Shown here piece after piece: positions 9,422 through 20,587 of a stretch of DNA of 32,000 bases (positions are counted from its first letter, which is position 1; each line of letters starts with the position of its first letter). This DNA comes from Raphidiopsis brookii D9. Its GTDB lineage: Bacteria > Cyanobacteriota > Cyanobacteriia > Cyanobacteriales > Nostocaceae. Under the pieces are notes generated by a model. It ran no database searches. It had not been told where the DNA came from and saw only the letters and a program-made list of their open reading frames with translations. Both the position numbers and the translations under genes were made by a program. Where the stretch lies: the NCBI GenBank assembly GCA_000175855.1, contig ACYB01000035.1:120001-152000 (forward strand). The letters are read 5' to 3'.

Positions 9422-11436
9422 TTAACTGTTATTTAGATAAGTATATCTTCTCAGACTTTGTTCGTAGGTTTGCAGCAACCTTTGGGATTCGGACAGGGTG
9501 ATACGGTCTTCTAATAGAGCTTGTTCACAACGCTGGCGAATATTTTCTACCATGTCTTCCGAATCATACTGCACATAACTGACTACTTCGCTCATAGTAT
9601 CCCCTTTGACAACGTGTTCAATTTGATAACCTTTTGGTGTAAGTTGAATGTGAACAGCATTGGTATCACCAAACAGGTTATGTAGGTTACCCATAATTTC
9701 CTGGTAAGCACCGTTGAGGAACATCCCCAAATAATAGGGTTGATCGGGTTTGAATTTATGCAACTCTAAAACTGACTTGACATCTCTTAGATCGATAAAT
9801 CGGTCTATTTTGCCATCGCTATCACAAGTTAGATCTGCTAAAATACCCCTTTGAGTCGGTTCTTCATCTAAACGGTGAATTGGCATGATGGGAAATAATT
9901 GGTCTATGGCCCAACAGTCTGGTGCTGATTGAAATACGGAAAGATTAATGTAGTATATAGAAGCCATAATTTTCTCCAGATCTTCCAATTCATCCGGTAC
10001 GTATTCTTGTTGCCTAGTAATTTCTAGGATTTTTTGACAACAAGCCCAGTATAAACGCTCAGCCTTAGCTCGCTCCTGTAAACGTAATATCCCTAAATTG
10101 AACCGACTAATCGCTTCCTCTTTAAACTGAGCAGCGTCGTGATAGAACTCCTGATAGTTCTCTTTGTTGATGGACTGGTAAGTCTCCCACAAATATTTAA
10201 TAATTGGCGATTCTCCTTCCTGGAGCTCCTCCGGTGGATTCAGGGGAACATCACTGGTACTTAAAACATCAAAGATCAGCACGGACTGGTGTGATGCGAT
10301 CGCTCTTCCACTTTCACTAATTAGGGTAGGTACGGGAATTTTACTTTCTGAGCATGTATCTTTCAACTCCGCTACAATATCATTGGCATAGTTTTGCATA
10401 TTGTAGTTTTTAGAGGCATAGAAGTTGGTTTGAGAACCATCATAATCTACTCCTAAACCACCACCCACATCCAAGAACTTCATGTCAGCACCTAACATTG
10501 CCAGTTCCACATAGATACGACTGGCTTCTTGAATGGCATCTTTAATCACATTAATCGCAGAAATTTGTGAGCCAATATGAAAGTGAAGTAGTTGTAAACA
10601 ATCCAGTAAATTGGCAGATCTTAACCTATCCACAGCTTCCATGATTTCTGGGATAGTCAAGCCAAATTTAGCACGGTCTCCCGTAGAAGTTCCCCATCTA
10701 CCCATACCTTGAGTGCTTAATTTTGCCCGTACTCCCAAAATGGGCTTAATCCCTAACTGATCACTAGCTGCGATCGCTAAATCGACCTCTTCAATTTGTT
10801 CCAGGACAATAATTGGAGTTTGTCCTAGTTTTTGAGCTAACATTGCCGTTTCGATATATTCCCGGTCTTTATAGCCATTACAAACTAATAAAGCTCCTGG
10901 TGTGTCTAATAAAGCCAGAGCAATCATTAATTCTGGCTTAGAACCTGCTTCCAGTCCAAACTGATGAGGCGTGCCAAAACGCACCAAGTCTTCAATTAAG
11001 TGCCGTTCTTGGTTGCATTTAACCGGAAAAACTCCCCTATACACTCCAGAATAATTATAGCGAGCGATCGCCTTGGCAAAGCAAGAGTTTAAGCGCTCTA
11101 TACGATCCTCTAGAATATCAGAGAAACGAATTAACAGAGGTAGTCCCAGATTTCGTTGTTTTAGAGCATTGACCAACTCAAACAAGTCCAGAGATCCCCC
11201 CCGATCTCCCTTGGGAGAGACTGTGACATGCCCTGCTGCATTAATGGAAAAATAAGGTTTACCCCAACCTTCAATGCGATATAGATCTTCACTATCCTCT
11301 ATTTTCCAGCTGCGGGGTAAATCACCCGATTTAGTGCTGGGGGTACTAGTTTTTTATGTTTTTGGTTTTTCAATTCTGATTTATGTCCATTAATATGAAC
11401 TTTGACGATTTCATTGGTAATTGACTCGACACCCAT
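9422..11436 (-). CDS. speA: Biosynthetic arginine decarboxylase, frameshifted near 11339-11343
   Basis: ORF 9422..11185 encodes most of the protein (FGLEAGSKPELMIAL, HFHIGSQISAI, LDVGGGLGVDYDG, ESGRAIASHQSVL). Manual reading upstream gives ...SWKIEDSEDLYRIEGWGKPYFSINAAGHVTVSPKGDRGGSLDLFELV in the same frame. It also gives an ATG at 11436 in the -1/+1 frame (MGVESITNEIVKVHINGHKSELKNQKHKKLVPP). Confidence 0.92.
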
Positions 11437-11696
11437 TTCTTCCTCACCTTATGTTGTGTTTACCCACAGAGTAATAATTTAACAAATTAAATCCTCAGCT
11501 GTAATTAATCCACATTCCTAGGATTTTCAATTTTTGTTTGATATTAGTATGAGAAATATGTTAAATTTGATTAAGATTACGGGAAAACATCCCAGATCTA
11601 GCTTAGGCAAACCGTGTTGCCATGTCAAATTACAAAATGGATTTATAAGCATCCGTTACAAAATTAGTCATATTAGTACTAGAGGCGAATTAACAG

Positions 11697-13583
11697 ATGA
11701 AATTTTCCTGGAGAGTTGTAGCACTTTGGTCAGTCTTGGCCCTAGTAATAGGCTTTTTTCTCTGGCAAGGTACTTTTGCTGGATCCCCAGGGGATCAAAG
11801 CAAAAACGCTGCGAATACCAGAATGACCTACGGACGATTTTTAGAATACCTGGATGCGGATCGTGTAACCAGTGTAGACCTATACGAAGGGGGTAGAACA
11901 GCCATTATTGAAGCCCTGGATCAAGATATTGAGAACCATGTTCAACGTTGGCGTGTAGATCTGCCCTTAAATGCACCCGAATTAGTGAACAAACTAAAAG
12001 AACACCAAGTCAGTTTTGATGCTCACCCAGTTCGTAATGACGGTGCCATCTGGGGTCTATTAGGCAATTTAGTCTTCCCCGTGTTACTGATTGGTGGTTT
12101 ATTCTTGTTGTTTCGTCGTTCTAACAACCTTCCCGGGGGACCTGGTCAAGCCATGAGCTTTGGTAAATCTCGTGCTCGGTTCCAAATGGAGGCCAAAACC
12201 GGAGTAAAATTTGATGACGTAGCTGGTATTGAAGAAGCTAAAGAGGAATTACAAGAAGTTGTTACCTTCTTAAAGCAACCAGAGAAATTTACTGCAGTAG
12301 GGGCGAAAATTCCCAAAGGTGTGTTGTTAGTAGGACCACCAGGAACAGGTAAAACCCTATTAGCAAAAGCAATTGCTGGTGAAGCAGGCGTACCATTCTT
12401 TTCTATTTCCGGTTCGGAATTTGTAGAAATGTTTGTGGGTGTGGGAGCTTCTAGAGTTCGTGACTTGTTTAAAAAAGCCAAAGATAACGCCCCTTGTATT
12501 ATCTTTATAGATGAAATTGATGCTGTAGGTCGTCAACGGGGTGCGGGTATAGGTGGGGGAAATGATGAGCGGGAGCAGACCCTGAACCAACTGTTAACGG
12601 AAATGGATGGTTTTGAGGGTAACACTGGCATCATTATTATTGCTGCTACCAACCGTCCTGATGTCCTTGACTCAGCTCTTTTACGTCCTGGACGTTTTGA
12701 CAGACAGGTGACCGTAGATGCACCTGATATTAAAGGGCGGTTAGAAATCTTAGAGGTTCATGCGCGCAACAAGAAATTAGATCAAGGCGTGTCCTTAGAG
12801 GCAATTGCCCGTCGAACTCCTGGATTTAGCGGTGCTGACCTAGCCAACTTATTGAATGAAGCGGCTATTTTGACCGCCAGAAGACGCAAAGAAGCAATTA
12901 CCCTATTAGAAATTGATGATGCGGTTGACAGAGTAGTAGCGGGGATGGAAGGTACTCCTCTAGTAGACAGCAAGAGTAAGCGATTAATTGCCTACCATGA
13001 AATAGGACATGCCTTAATAGGTACTTTATTAAAAGATCATGATCCAGTCCAAAAAGTCACCCTAATTCCCAGAGGACAAGCACAGGGTTTAACCTGGTTT
13101 ATGCCTAATGAAGAACAAGGACTAATTACCCGTTCCCAACTCAAGGCCAGGATTACAGGTGCTTTAGGAGGGCGTGCAGCTGAGGATGTAATTTTTGGTG
13201 CAGCAGAAGTTACTACCGGTGCGGGAAATGATTTACAACAGGTAACTGGTATGGCGCGCCAAATGGTAACACGTTTTGGTATGTCCGAACTTGGTCCCCT
13301 ATCCCTAGAAAGTCAACAAGGGGAAGTCTTTTTAGGACGTGATTGGACGACTAGATCTGAGTATTCTGAATCTATTGCCGCTCGTATTGACGCACAAGTG
13401 AGAACAATTGTAGAAGAGTGTTATGATCTGGCAAAAGCTATCATGAAGCAAAATCGTACTCTTACTGATCGTCTAGTAGATCTTTTGATTGAAAAAGAGA
13501 CCATAGACGGTAATGAATTCCGACAAATCGTAGCTGAATATACTGTTGTTCCCGATAAAACCCAGTTTGTTCCGCAGCTATAA
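11697..13583 (+). CDS. ftsH: ATP-dependent zinc metalloprotease FtsH
   Basis: 628 aa with Walker [12 protein letters not shown] region [22 protein letters not shown], and zinc motif HEIGH. Confidence 0.97.
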   Translation: MKFSWRVVALWSVLALVIGFFLWQGTFAGSPGDQSKNAANTRMTYGRFLEYLDADRVTSVDLYEGGRTAIIEALDQDIENHVQRWRVDLPLNAPELVNKLKEHQVSFDAHPVRNDGAIWGLLGNLVFPVLLIGGLFLLFRRSNNLPGGPGQAMSFGKSRARFQMEAKTGVKFDDVAGIEEAKEELQEVVTFLKQPEKFTAVGAKIPKGVLLVGPPGTGKTLLAKAIAGEAGVPFFSISGSEFVEMFVGVGASRVRDLFKKAKDNAPCIIFIDEIDAVGRQRGAGIGGGNDEREQTLNQLLTEMDGFEGNTGIIIIAATNRPDVLDSALLRPGRFDRQVTVDAPDIKGRLEILEVHARNKKLDQGVSLEAIARRTPGFSGADLANLLNEAAILTARRRKEAITLLEIDDAVDRVVAGMEGTPLVDSKSKRLIAYHEIGHALIGTLLKDHDPVQKVTLIPRGQAQGLTWFMPNEEQGLITRSQLKARITGALGGRAAEDVIFGAAEVTTGAGNDLQQVTGMARQMVTRFGMSELGPLSLESQQGEVFLGRDWTTRSEYSESIAARIDAQVRTIVEECYDLAKAIMKQNRTLTDRLVDLLIEKETIDGNEFRQIVAEYTVVPDKTQFVPQL

Positions 13584-13588
13584 AACTG

Positions 13589-13609
13589 ATGGGGATGTTC
13601 TGTCCCCAT
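13589..13609 (+). terminator. Hairpin 6 bp after the ftsH stop codon
   Basis: Perfect 7-bp arms ATGGGGA (13589-13595) / TCCCCAT (13603-13609) with 7-nt loop TGTTCTG. The downstream T-run is weak. Confidence 0.45.
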
Positions 13610-13612
13610 TTA

Positions 13613-13800
13613 TTACCTAACGGAAAAAGCCTCATTGAACCTTCTGGTAATAGGACTAATTTGTAAAACCTCAGCATCCACCAAACCGAATTCTTGAAAA
13701 GGGAAAGTTGCCAACTTCACCTTTGCTGACATACCTTGACGAATAAAACCAATATCACGATTGAGAACTTTTACTTCTAACAGCTCTGATAATATCCGTA
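13613..13800 (-). pseudogene. Remnant of HlyD-family membrane fusion protein (type I secretion/exporter adaptor)
   Basis: Minus-strand translation ELLEVKVLNRDIGFIRQGMSAKVKLATFPFQEFGLVDAEVLQISPITRRFNEAFSVR* matches the conserved HlyD core (xVLNxDIGFVxxGxxxxVKxxTFPFxxFGxxxxxVxxISP). No complete ORF surrounds it. The 5' boundary is approximate. Confidence 0.65.
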
Positions 13801-13974
13801 TTTGCCCTATTTACCCTCACCAGTTGCAGTTGCGACTTCATCGCTAATACAAGTAATGATAAAATGGTGTAGTCTTAACAACAACTTGCCCTAGGTTAAT
13901 CGTTAAAATTCATGGCTGGGTGGTTGACTTCTTGATCATGGTATTATCTAGCTGGGAAAATGAGGAAATAAACC

Positions 13975-16085
13975 GTGTTAAAATTCTTTGCAGACAGAGG
14001 TGGAACATTTACAGACATTGTAGCTTTAACCGATAATCAGGACATAATCAATAGATTATTAAACTACCCCCAGAGATTTTTAATTGTTCCCTTACCCAAT
14101 CAACAATGGGTAATAGTTTATAAATTATTGTCAGAGAATCCCGATCAGTATACAGATGCGGTAATTCAAGGAATTCGTCATATTATGGGAGTTCCCCCCA
14201 ACAGAGTATTCCTGGTCAAACCATAGAAGTGATTAAAATGGGAACAACAGTAGCAACAAATGCACTACTAGAAAGACATGGAGACCGGGTTGTTTTAGTC
14301 ATTAATAAAGGCTTTAAAGATGCTTTAAGAATTGGTTATCAAAACCGTCCTAACATTTTCGCCCGACAGATAATTTTACCCACCATGCTGTATGAAGCAG
14401 TAATTGAAGTAGATGCTAGATATGATGCTCAAGGTAAGGAGTTATTTCCCGTAAATTATCAGAAAATTAAATATGACCTACAAACAATTCATCAAACAGG
14501 AATTGACAGTTGCGCCATCGTTCTTATGCATGGCGATCGCTATCCCAAACATGAACAAGAAATAGGAAAAATTGCCGAAGAAATTGGATTTACCCAAATT
14601 TCCATTTCCCATGAAGTTAGTCCCCTAATGAAACTTGTGAGTCGGGGAGACACAACAGTTGTGGATGCTTATTTAACACCCATATTACGTCGTTATGTCA
14701 ATCAGGTTTCCAGTCAAGTTCCCGAGGTCAAATTAATGTTTATGAAATCTGATGGTGGGTTAACTGATGCAGAGAAATTTCAAGGTAAAGATAGCATTTT
14801 AAGTGGGCCTGCTGGTGGTATTGTTGGTGCAGTACAAACTAGTAAAAGAGCAGGATTTAATTTAATCATCACCTTTGATATGGGAGGAACAAGTACAGAT
14901 GTGGCCCATTTTAAAGGGGAGTATGAAAGACAATTAGATTCGGAAATAGCAGGTGCGCGGATGCGAGTTCCCGTCCTAGCGATTAATACCATTGCTGCAG
15001 GTGGAGGTTCGATTTTATCCTTTGATGGATCCACCTATCGTGTAGGTCCGGAATCTGCGGGTTCAAATCCCGGACCTGCATCCTACAGACGGGGGGGACC
15101 ATTAACAGTTACAGATGCTAATATTATGCTGGGCAAGATTCAACCCCAATACTTTCCAGCAGTTTTTGGAAATGATGGTCAATTACCTTTAGATAGGGAA
15201 CTAGTTTTGCAGAAGTTTACAGACTTGACCCAGAATATGACCTTAACTACAGGAAAATCCTTTTCTCCTCCACAGGTAGCATCAGGATTTATTGCTATTG
15301 CTGTGGAAAATATGGCTAATGCCATTAAAAAAATTAGTCTACAACGGGGTTATGATATTAGCGAATATGTATTATGTTGTTTTGGAGGTGCGGGTGGACA
15401 GGTAGCTTGTTTAATTGCGGATACATTAGGCATGAAAAAGATATTTTTGCATCCCTTTGCTGGTGTACTGTCAGCTTATGGCATGGGTTTAGCTGATGTG
15501 AGAGCTACCAGAGTCACCGGAGTAGAAAAACCCTTGAGTCAGTCCTTAATTCCCGAATTACAGAAATTAGTTACCCGTTTAGAAATTTCCGCTCATCAAG
15601 AATTAAACCCAGCAGAAAATCAGGTAAATCAGTTGTCAGTCAGGGTGATTAAAAACCTTAACCTCAAGTATGAGGGAACTAATTCTACCTTATCCATCGA
15701 TTTTAGAAACGATATAGAATTAATACAGCAGCAATTTGCTAGGGAACACAAATCAAGATATGGGTTCATTCAGCCAGAAAAAACCTTAATTGTGGAATCT
15801 ATTTTTGTCGAGGTGATTCAACAGATGGAGACACCAGAAGAACCAATCATTTTCCGTCAACTTCCCCAGGGGCAAATTCCCCAACCTTTAGAAGTAGTTG
15901 AGGTATTTACTGCCAATAGGTGGTGCCATACTCCAGTTTATAAAAGAGAAGATTTACAACCGGGAGATATTATCCCAGGTACTGCTATTATTGTGGAGAA
16001 AATTAGCACTATTGTCGTTGAAACCAATTGGCAAGTAAAATTAACTGAACGTAATCATTTAATTTTGGAAAAAGTAGAAAGATGA
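13975..16085 (+). CDS. Hydantoinase A / 5-oxoprolinase (HyuA-type) subunit, frameshifted near 14194-14199
   Basis: ORF 13975..14226 (GTG start, LKFFADRGGTFTDIVAL) and ORF 14229..16085 (IKMGTTVATNALLERHGDRVVLVINKGFKD, DMGGTSTDVAHFKG, GGGSILSFDG). One extra C rebuilds a 703-aa protein. Confidence 0.9.
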
Positions 16086-17665
16086 AAAAACTATATGATC
16101 ATATTCAGCCAGATCCAGTTCGCTTAGAAATTTTTAAAAATCTCTATCAATTTATTGCCGAACAAATGGGAATAGTCCTGCAAAACACAGCCCTATCAGT
16201 TAATATTAAGGAACGTCTGGATTTTTCCTGCGCTATTTTTGACAGTTCTGGTTTATTGGTTGCTAACGCTCCTCATATTCCCGTTCATTTAGGTTCTATG
16301 AGTGAAAGCGTACGCTGTTTAATTAATGATTTGGGAGCCACAATTAAACCAGGTAATGTTTATCTATCCAATAATCCCTACAATGGGGGAACCCATTTAC
16401 CTGATGTTACTGCTATCACTCCTATATTTTTGCCTCCATTTCTTAATATGTTTTTAAAAACTGGGCAGGAACTTCCCCTATTTTTCGTTGCATCCCGAGG
16501 ACACCAAGCAGATATAGGTGGTATTACTCCCGGATCCATGCCTCCCCATAGTACGGATATTACACAAGAAGGGATTATTTTTGATAATTTTCTCCTGGTT
16601 CGGGAAGGAGAGCTACAAGAAACCTCCGTGAGAAATTATCTGTTAAATCATCCCTATCCCAGTCGCAATCCTGACCAAAATATAGCAGATTTTAAAGCTC
16701 AAATTGCCGCCAACGCCAGGGGAAGCCAAGAATTAATAAAAATGGTTGAGCACTATGGGCTAGAAACTGTAAAAGTTTATATGCAGTTTGTGCAAGATAA
16801 TGCGGAAGAATCGGTAAGAAGAACCATCAATGTTTTAAAAAATGGATCCTTTACATATCCAATGGACAGTGGAGCAAAAATTCAGGTTCAAGTCACCATT
16901 GATAGGGAAAATCGCACAGCTAAAATTGATTTTACGGGCACATCACCACAATTAAAGAGCAATTTTAATGCACCTAAAGCTGTAACTCAAGCAGCAGTAT
17001 TATACGTCTTTAGAACTCTGGTAGATGACAATATTCCTCTTAATGCTGGCTGTCTCAAACCTTTAGAAATTATTATTCCTCAAGGTTCTATGCTAAATCC
17101 TACCTATCCAGCAGCAGTAGTAGCAGGAAATGTGGAAACATCACAAACTATTGTTGATGCTTTATATGGTGCCCTAGGTGTAATGGCTGCTTCCCAAGGA
17201 ACGATGAATAATTTCACTTTTGGCAATGAAAAATATCAATATTATGAAACTATTTGTGGCGGTTCCGGAGCAGGTATGGACTTTCATGGCACAGATGCAG
17301 TTCACACTCACATGACCAATTCCCGACTTACCGATCCAGAAGTGTTAGAAACCCGTTATCCAGTAATAGTGGAAAGTTTTAGCATCCGTGAGAATAGTGG
17401 GGGTAAAGGGAAATATTCCGGGGGTAATGGGGTGGTCAGAAAAATCAAATTTCTCGAATCCATGACGGCAAATATTCTTTCTGGTCATCGTTTAGTCCCC
17501 CCCTTTGGATTACATGGTGGAGCACCAGGAAAGGTGGGAAACAACTGGATACAACGCGAAAATAGCATCCCAGAGGTTTTAGATAGCACTGCTACTGTAG
17601 AAATGCAACCAGGAGATATTTTTGTCATAGAAACTCCTGGTGGTGGTGGATTTCAGGAGCAATAA
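16082..17665 (+). CDS. Hydantoinase B / 5-oxoprolinase (HyuB-type) subunit
   Basis: 527 aa with [50 protein letters not shown]. Overlaps the upstream hyuA-type gene by 4 nt (ATGA). Confidence 0.93.
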   Translation: MKKLYDHIQPDPVRLEIFKNLYQFIAEQMGIVLQNTALSVNIKERLDFSCAIFDSSGLLVANAPHIPVHLGSMSESVRCLINDLGATIKPGNVYLSNNPYNGGTHLPDVTAITPIFLPPFLNMFLKTGQELPLFFVASRGHQADIGGITPGSMPPHSTDITQEGIIFDNFLLVREGELQETSVRNYLLNHPYPSRNPDQNIADFKAQIAANARGSQELIKMVEHYGLETVKVYMQFVQDNAEESVRRTINVLKNGSFTYPMDSGAKIQVQVTIDRENRTAKIDFTGTSPQLKSNFNAPKAVTQAAVLYVFRTLVDDNIPLNAGCLKPLEIIIPQGSMLNPTYPAAVVAGNVETSQTIVDALYGALGVMAASQGTMNNFTFGNEKYQYYETICGGSGAGMDFHGTDAVHTHMTNSRLTDPEVLETRYPVIVESFSIRENSGGKGKYSGGNGVVRKIKFLESMTANILSGHRLVPPFGLHGGAPGKVGNNWIQRENSIPEVLDSTATVEMQPGDIFVIETPGGGGFQEQ

Positions 17666-17670
17666 ACCTA

Positions 17671-18452
17671 CTAAACTTCCACTACTACGGGTGCATGATC
17701 ACTAGGCTGTTCTAGCTTTCTAGGACTAATATCAATTAAGCAACTCTTAGCCTGTTTATAAAGTACATCTGTTAAGTAGTGATGGTCTATTCTCCATCCC
17801 GAATTTCTTTTAAAAGCTCCCGTACGATAGTCCCACCAACTATAATTACCCCCTGGGAATTAAACTTGCGAAACCCATCCCCAAAACCCAGGTTCAAAAT
17901 CTCTCTTAAAGCTTCTCTCTCTGGTAAGGATGCCATAATCTGATTTTTTGTATCCACTTGTTTATAAATGTCTATATCTTCCAGTGCAATGTTAAAATCA
18001 CCACACATAATAATGTGAGAATTAGATTTCAGCAAAACCTCTAGGTATGTTTTTAATACTGCTAACCACTGCAATTTATATTGATATTTCTCACTTCCTA
18101 CTGCTGAACCATTGGGAACATACAGATTAATAATTCTCACTTCATCTACAATACCCGTGATCACTCTTTTCTGGTCATCCCATTCAGGTTCCAGATTTTC
18201 CAGCACCTGACAAAACCCTGTACTTACACTTTTCATTGGCTGGCGACTAATTAATGCTACACCATTGTAAGCCTTTTGTCCATAAATATAAGTGTGATAG
18301 CCTACGTCATGAAATACAGTTAGGGGAAAATCCCTATCTATGACCTTGGTTTCCTGTAGACACAGAACATCAACATTATTTTCCCCTAACCAGCTAATAA
18401 CCTGTTCTAGACGAGTACGAATTGAATTGACATTCCAAGTGGCAATTTTCAT
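17671..18452 (-). CDS. xth: Exodeoxyribonuclease III, frameshifted near 17849-17853
   Basis: MKIATWNVNSIRTRLEQV, LCLQETKV, YNGVALIS, CGDFNIA. The C-terminus QGGNYSWWDYRTGAFKRNSGWRIDHHYLTDVLYKQAKSCLIDISPRKLEQPSDHAPVVVEV* lies in another frame after a C5 tract on the + strand. The ORF track starts 5 codons upstream, at 18467. Confidence 0.92.
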
Positions 18453-18871
18453 GAGCGGATTGAGCAATGGTTATGCAAACAGAGAATTTAACAATACTGA
18501 ATATTAATTTAATTATTATAGTATGGGGGGTTACAAAATTTGAAAATTCTCAATTGCGAGAACTATGGTCTTATTATGATCCCCAAGACAGATGAAACGA
18601 CCACATACTAGTCTATAATAACAGTGGTTATATTTATTGTCTATAGACTGTTATTTGAACCCAACTCGTTTGTGGAAATTAGAAAAGTTAATTTAAATTG
18701 AAAAAAACTCGGTAGAAATTTCTTTCCTCTTAAAATTCCTCTAGGTGAGGTTGGGACTGCTAACAGGATATGCCAAATCAAATTACCACTATATACAAAA
18801 GCAGTTGTGACTAACCATTTAACTTGACTAAGTTTTTCTCTAAGCATAAAAATTTTTAGGAGGATATTGAC

Positions 18872-19066
18872 ATGAGTAATAGAGCCAATACATGTCCCTG
18901 CTGTGGTGGGTTCGTTTTGCGACATATTCGTCACAGAGAACTGTACTGGTTTTGCCCATCTTGTCGTCAAGAAGTACCACTATTAACCATAAGTCGCATA
19001 TCAGTCCAATTGGAAAATGCCCACACCGCGTCTATCAAATCCTCCACGGTTACATCCTTGGAGTAG
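18872..19066 (+). CDS. Small zinc-ribbon-like protein (64 aa)
   Basis: Strong SD (TAGGAGGA about 8 nt upstream of the ATG). MSNRANTCPCCGGFVLRHIRHRELYWFCPSCRQEVPLL carries two CxxC pairs. Confidence 0.7.
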   Translation: MSNRANTCPCCGGFVLRHIRHRELYWFCPSCRQEVPLLTISRISVQLENAHTASIKSSTVTSLE

Positions 19067-19166
19067 GATATTATTTTGTTGCCAAAAAGCCGATCAGGAG
19101 ACAGTACATATCATATAATGGGGAAATGGATCTAAATTCTTACAAAACTTAACACTACCTGATCAC

Positions 19167-20525
19167 ATGCTGATTAACTCTTCTGGCTTTTCCAAGCTTA
19201 AAGAATCAATTAATAATTCAATCACCGAGAAGATTTTTTTAGGGCATAAACCCGGTCCAGAACTAATTGCCATTTTAGCAGTCTATCTTGTCCAGGGCGC
19301 CTTGGGATTGTCTCGTCTTTCGGTGAGTTTTTTCCTCAAGGATGAATTACAACTAAGTCCAGTAGAAGTCTCAGCTATCTTAGGTATAGTTACCCTACCT
19401 TGGATGATCAAACCATTATTTGGCTTTGTTTCCGATACTTTTCCTATATTTGGCTACCGTCGTCGTCCCTATCTAGTTCTATCTGGGATTCTAGGTGCTG
19501 CTAGTTGGATGGCCTTAGCAACATTAGTAGATAACAGTTGGAAAGCAACAATAATAGTCACCTTATCTTCTTTAGCTATTGCTGTCAGCGATGTGATAGT
19601 TGATTCCTTGGTTGTTGAACGTGCCAGGTTAGAATCTCAGGCCAAGGCTGGTTCTCTACAATCCCTGTGTTGGGGAGCCACCGCTTTGGGAACTTTCTTA
19701 ACAGCTTATTTCAGCGGACTAGTCTTAGAGTATTTTACTACAAAGACAGTATTTTTAATTACTGCTTTATTTCCCCTCCTTATCTCCGTGGTTGCCTGGT
19801 TCATTGCTGAAACATCAGTTGACCAACAAGATTCACAGCAAGATAGGAATAAATCAGTGAGTATTAGAAATCAGACTAATCAACTTCTACAAGCTTTTCG
19901 CACTAGAGCAGTTTTACTACCAACCCTATTTATTTTTATCTGGCAATGTACTCCCAGTGGAGAATCAGCTTATTTCTACTTCTTTACCAACGAGCTGCAT
20001 TTCCAACCCGAGTTTTTAGGTAGAATACATCTGTTCACTAGTTTAGCTTCTTTAGTTGGTATTTGGATTTTCCAACGATTTCTTAAAAACGTTCCATTTC
20101 AAAGTATTTTTACCTGGGGCATTCTTGTATCTGTATTATTAAGAATGACTATGTTAATTTTAATTACACATACTAATAGAGCTTTAGGGATAAATGATAG
20201 ATGGTTTAGTTTGGGAGACAGCTTAATTATTGCAGCTATGGGGCAAATTGCATTTATGCCTACCATGATATTAGCAGCTAGAATTTGTCCCATGGGAATA
20301 GAAGCAACACTATTTGCAGTATTGATGTCAGTATTTAACCTAGGTGGATTGGTTTCTAGAGAGTCCGGAGCTTTAATTATGTACTGGTTAGGAATAACAG
20401 AGAGCAATTTTGACAGTTTGTGGTTGCTACTAGTAATAACTAACTTGATTGCCTTATTACCAATGTTATTTGTCAAACTTTTGCCTAGTAAGGAAGAAAT
20501 GGAATATGGAGTGGTGGTCAAATAG
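19167..20525 (+). CDS. Folate/biopterin-type (BT1/FBT) MFS transporter
   Basis: 452-aa multi-TM protein with VQGALGLSRLSVSFFLKDEL, LPWMIKPLFGFVSDTFPIFGYRRRPYLVLSGILG, ISDVIVDSLVVERAR-like AVSDVIVDSLVVERARLES. Confidence 0.88.
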   Translation: MLINSSGFSKLKESINNSITEKIFLGHKPGPELIAILAVYLVQGALGLSRLSVSFFLKDELQLSPVEVSAILGIVTLPWMIKPLFGFVSDTFPIFGYRRRPYLVLSGILGAASWMALATLVDNSWKATIIVTLSSLAIAVSDVIVDSLVVERARLESQAKAGSLQSLCWGATALGTFLTAYFSGLVLEYFTTKTVFLITALFPLLISVVAWFIAETSVDQQDSQQDRNKSVSIRNQTNQLLQAFRTRAVLLPTLFIFIWQCTPSGESAYFYFFTNELHFQPEFLGRIHLFTSLASLVGIWIFQRFLKNVPFQSIFTWGILVSVLLRMTMLILITHTNRALGINDRWFSLGDSLIIAAMGQIAFMPTMILAARICPMGIEATLFAVLMSVFNLGGLVSRESGALIMYWLGITESNFDSLWLLLVITNLIALLPMLFVKLLPSKEEMEYGVVVK

Positions 20526-20587
20526 GTTTCCATTAGTCCTACTAGTGTTACAATCGTAGATGAAACTTAATATCAATTAATAAAAAT

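Noticed and set aside
9422-11185. Treating 9422..11185 as a complete speA gene with TTG start
   Set aside because: Conserved SpeA sequence continues upstream in the same frame to about 11350, so this start is internal.
11190-11205. C7 tract in speA suspected as another frameshift
   Set aside because: Manual codon reading (GAT CGG GGG GGA TCT CTG GAC) shows the frame is intact; the break is at 11339-11343 instead.
11534-11896. ORF 11534..11896 (+) overlapping the ftsH start
   Set aside because: It shares sequence with the ftsH 5' coding region in another frame, and its peptide shows no family signature.
12146-12973. Minus-strand ORFs inside ftsH (12146..12481, 12782..12973)
   Set aside because: They are antisense to highly conserved FtsH AAA+ coding sequence, with no independent support.
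18641-18970. 109-aa minus-strand ORF overlapping the zinc-ribbon gene
   Set aside because: The N-terminal part is antisense to the well-supported CxxC protein and no recognisable motif is present. A decayed fragment cannot be excluded but is unsupported.
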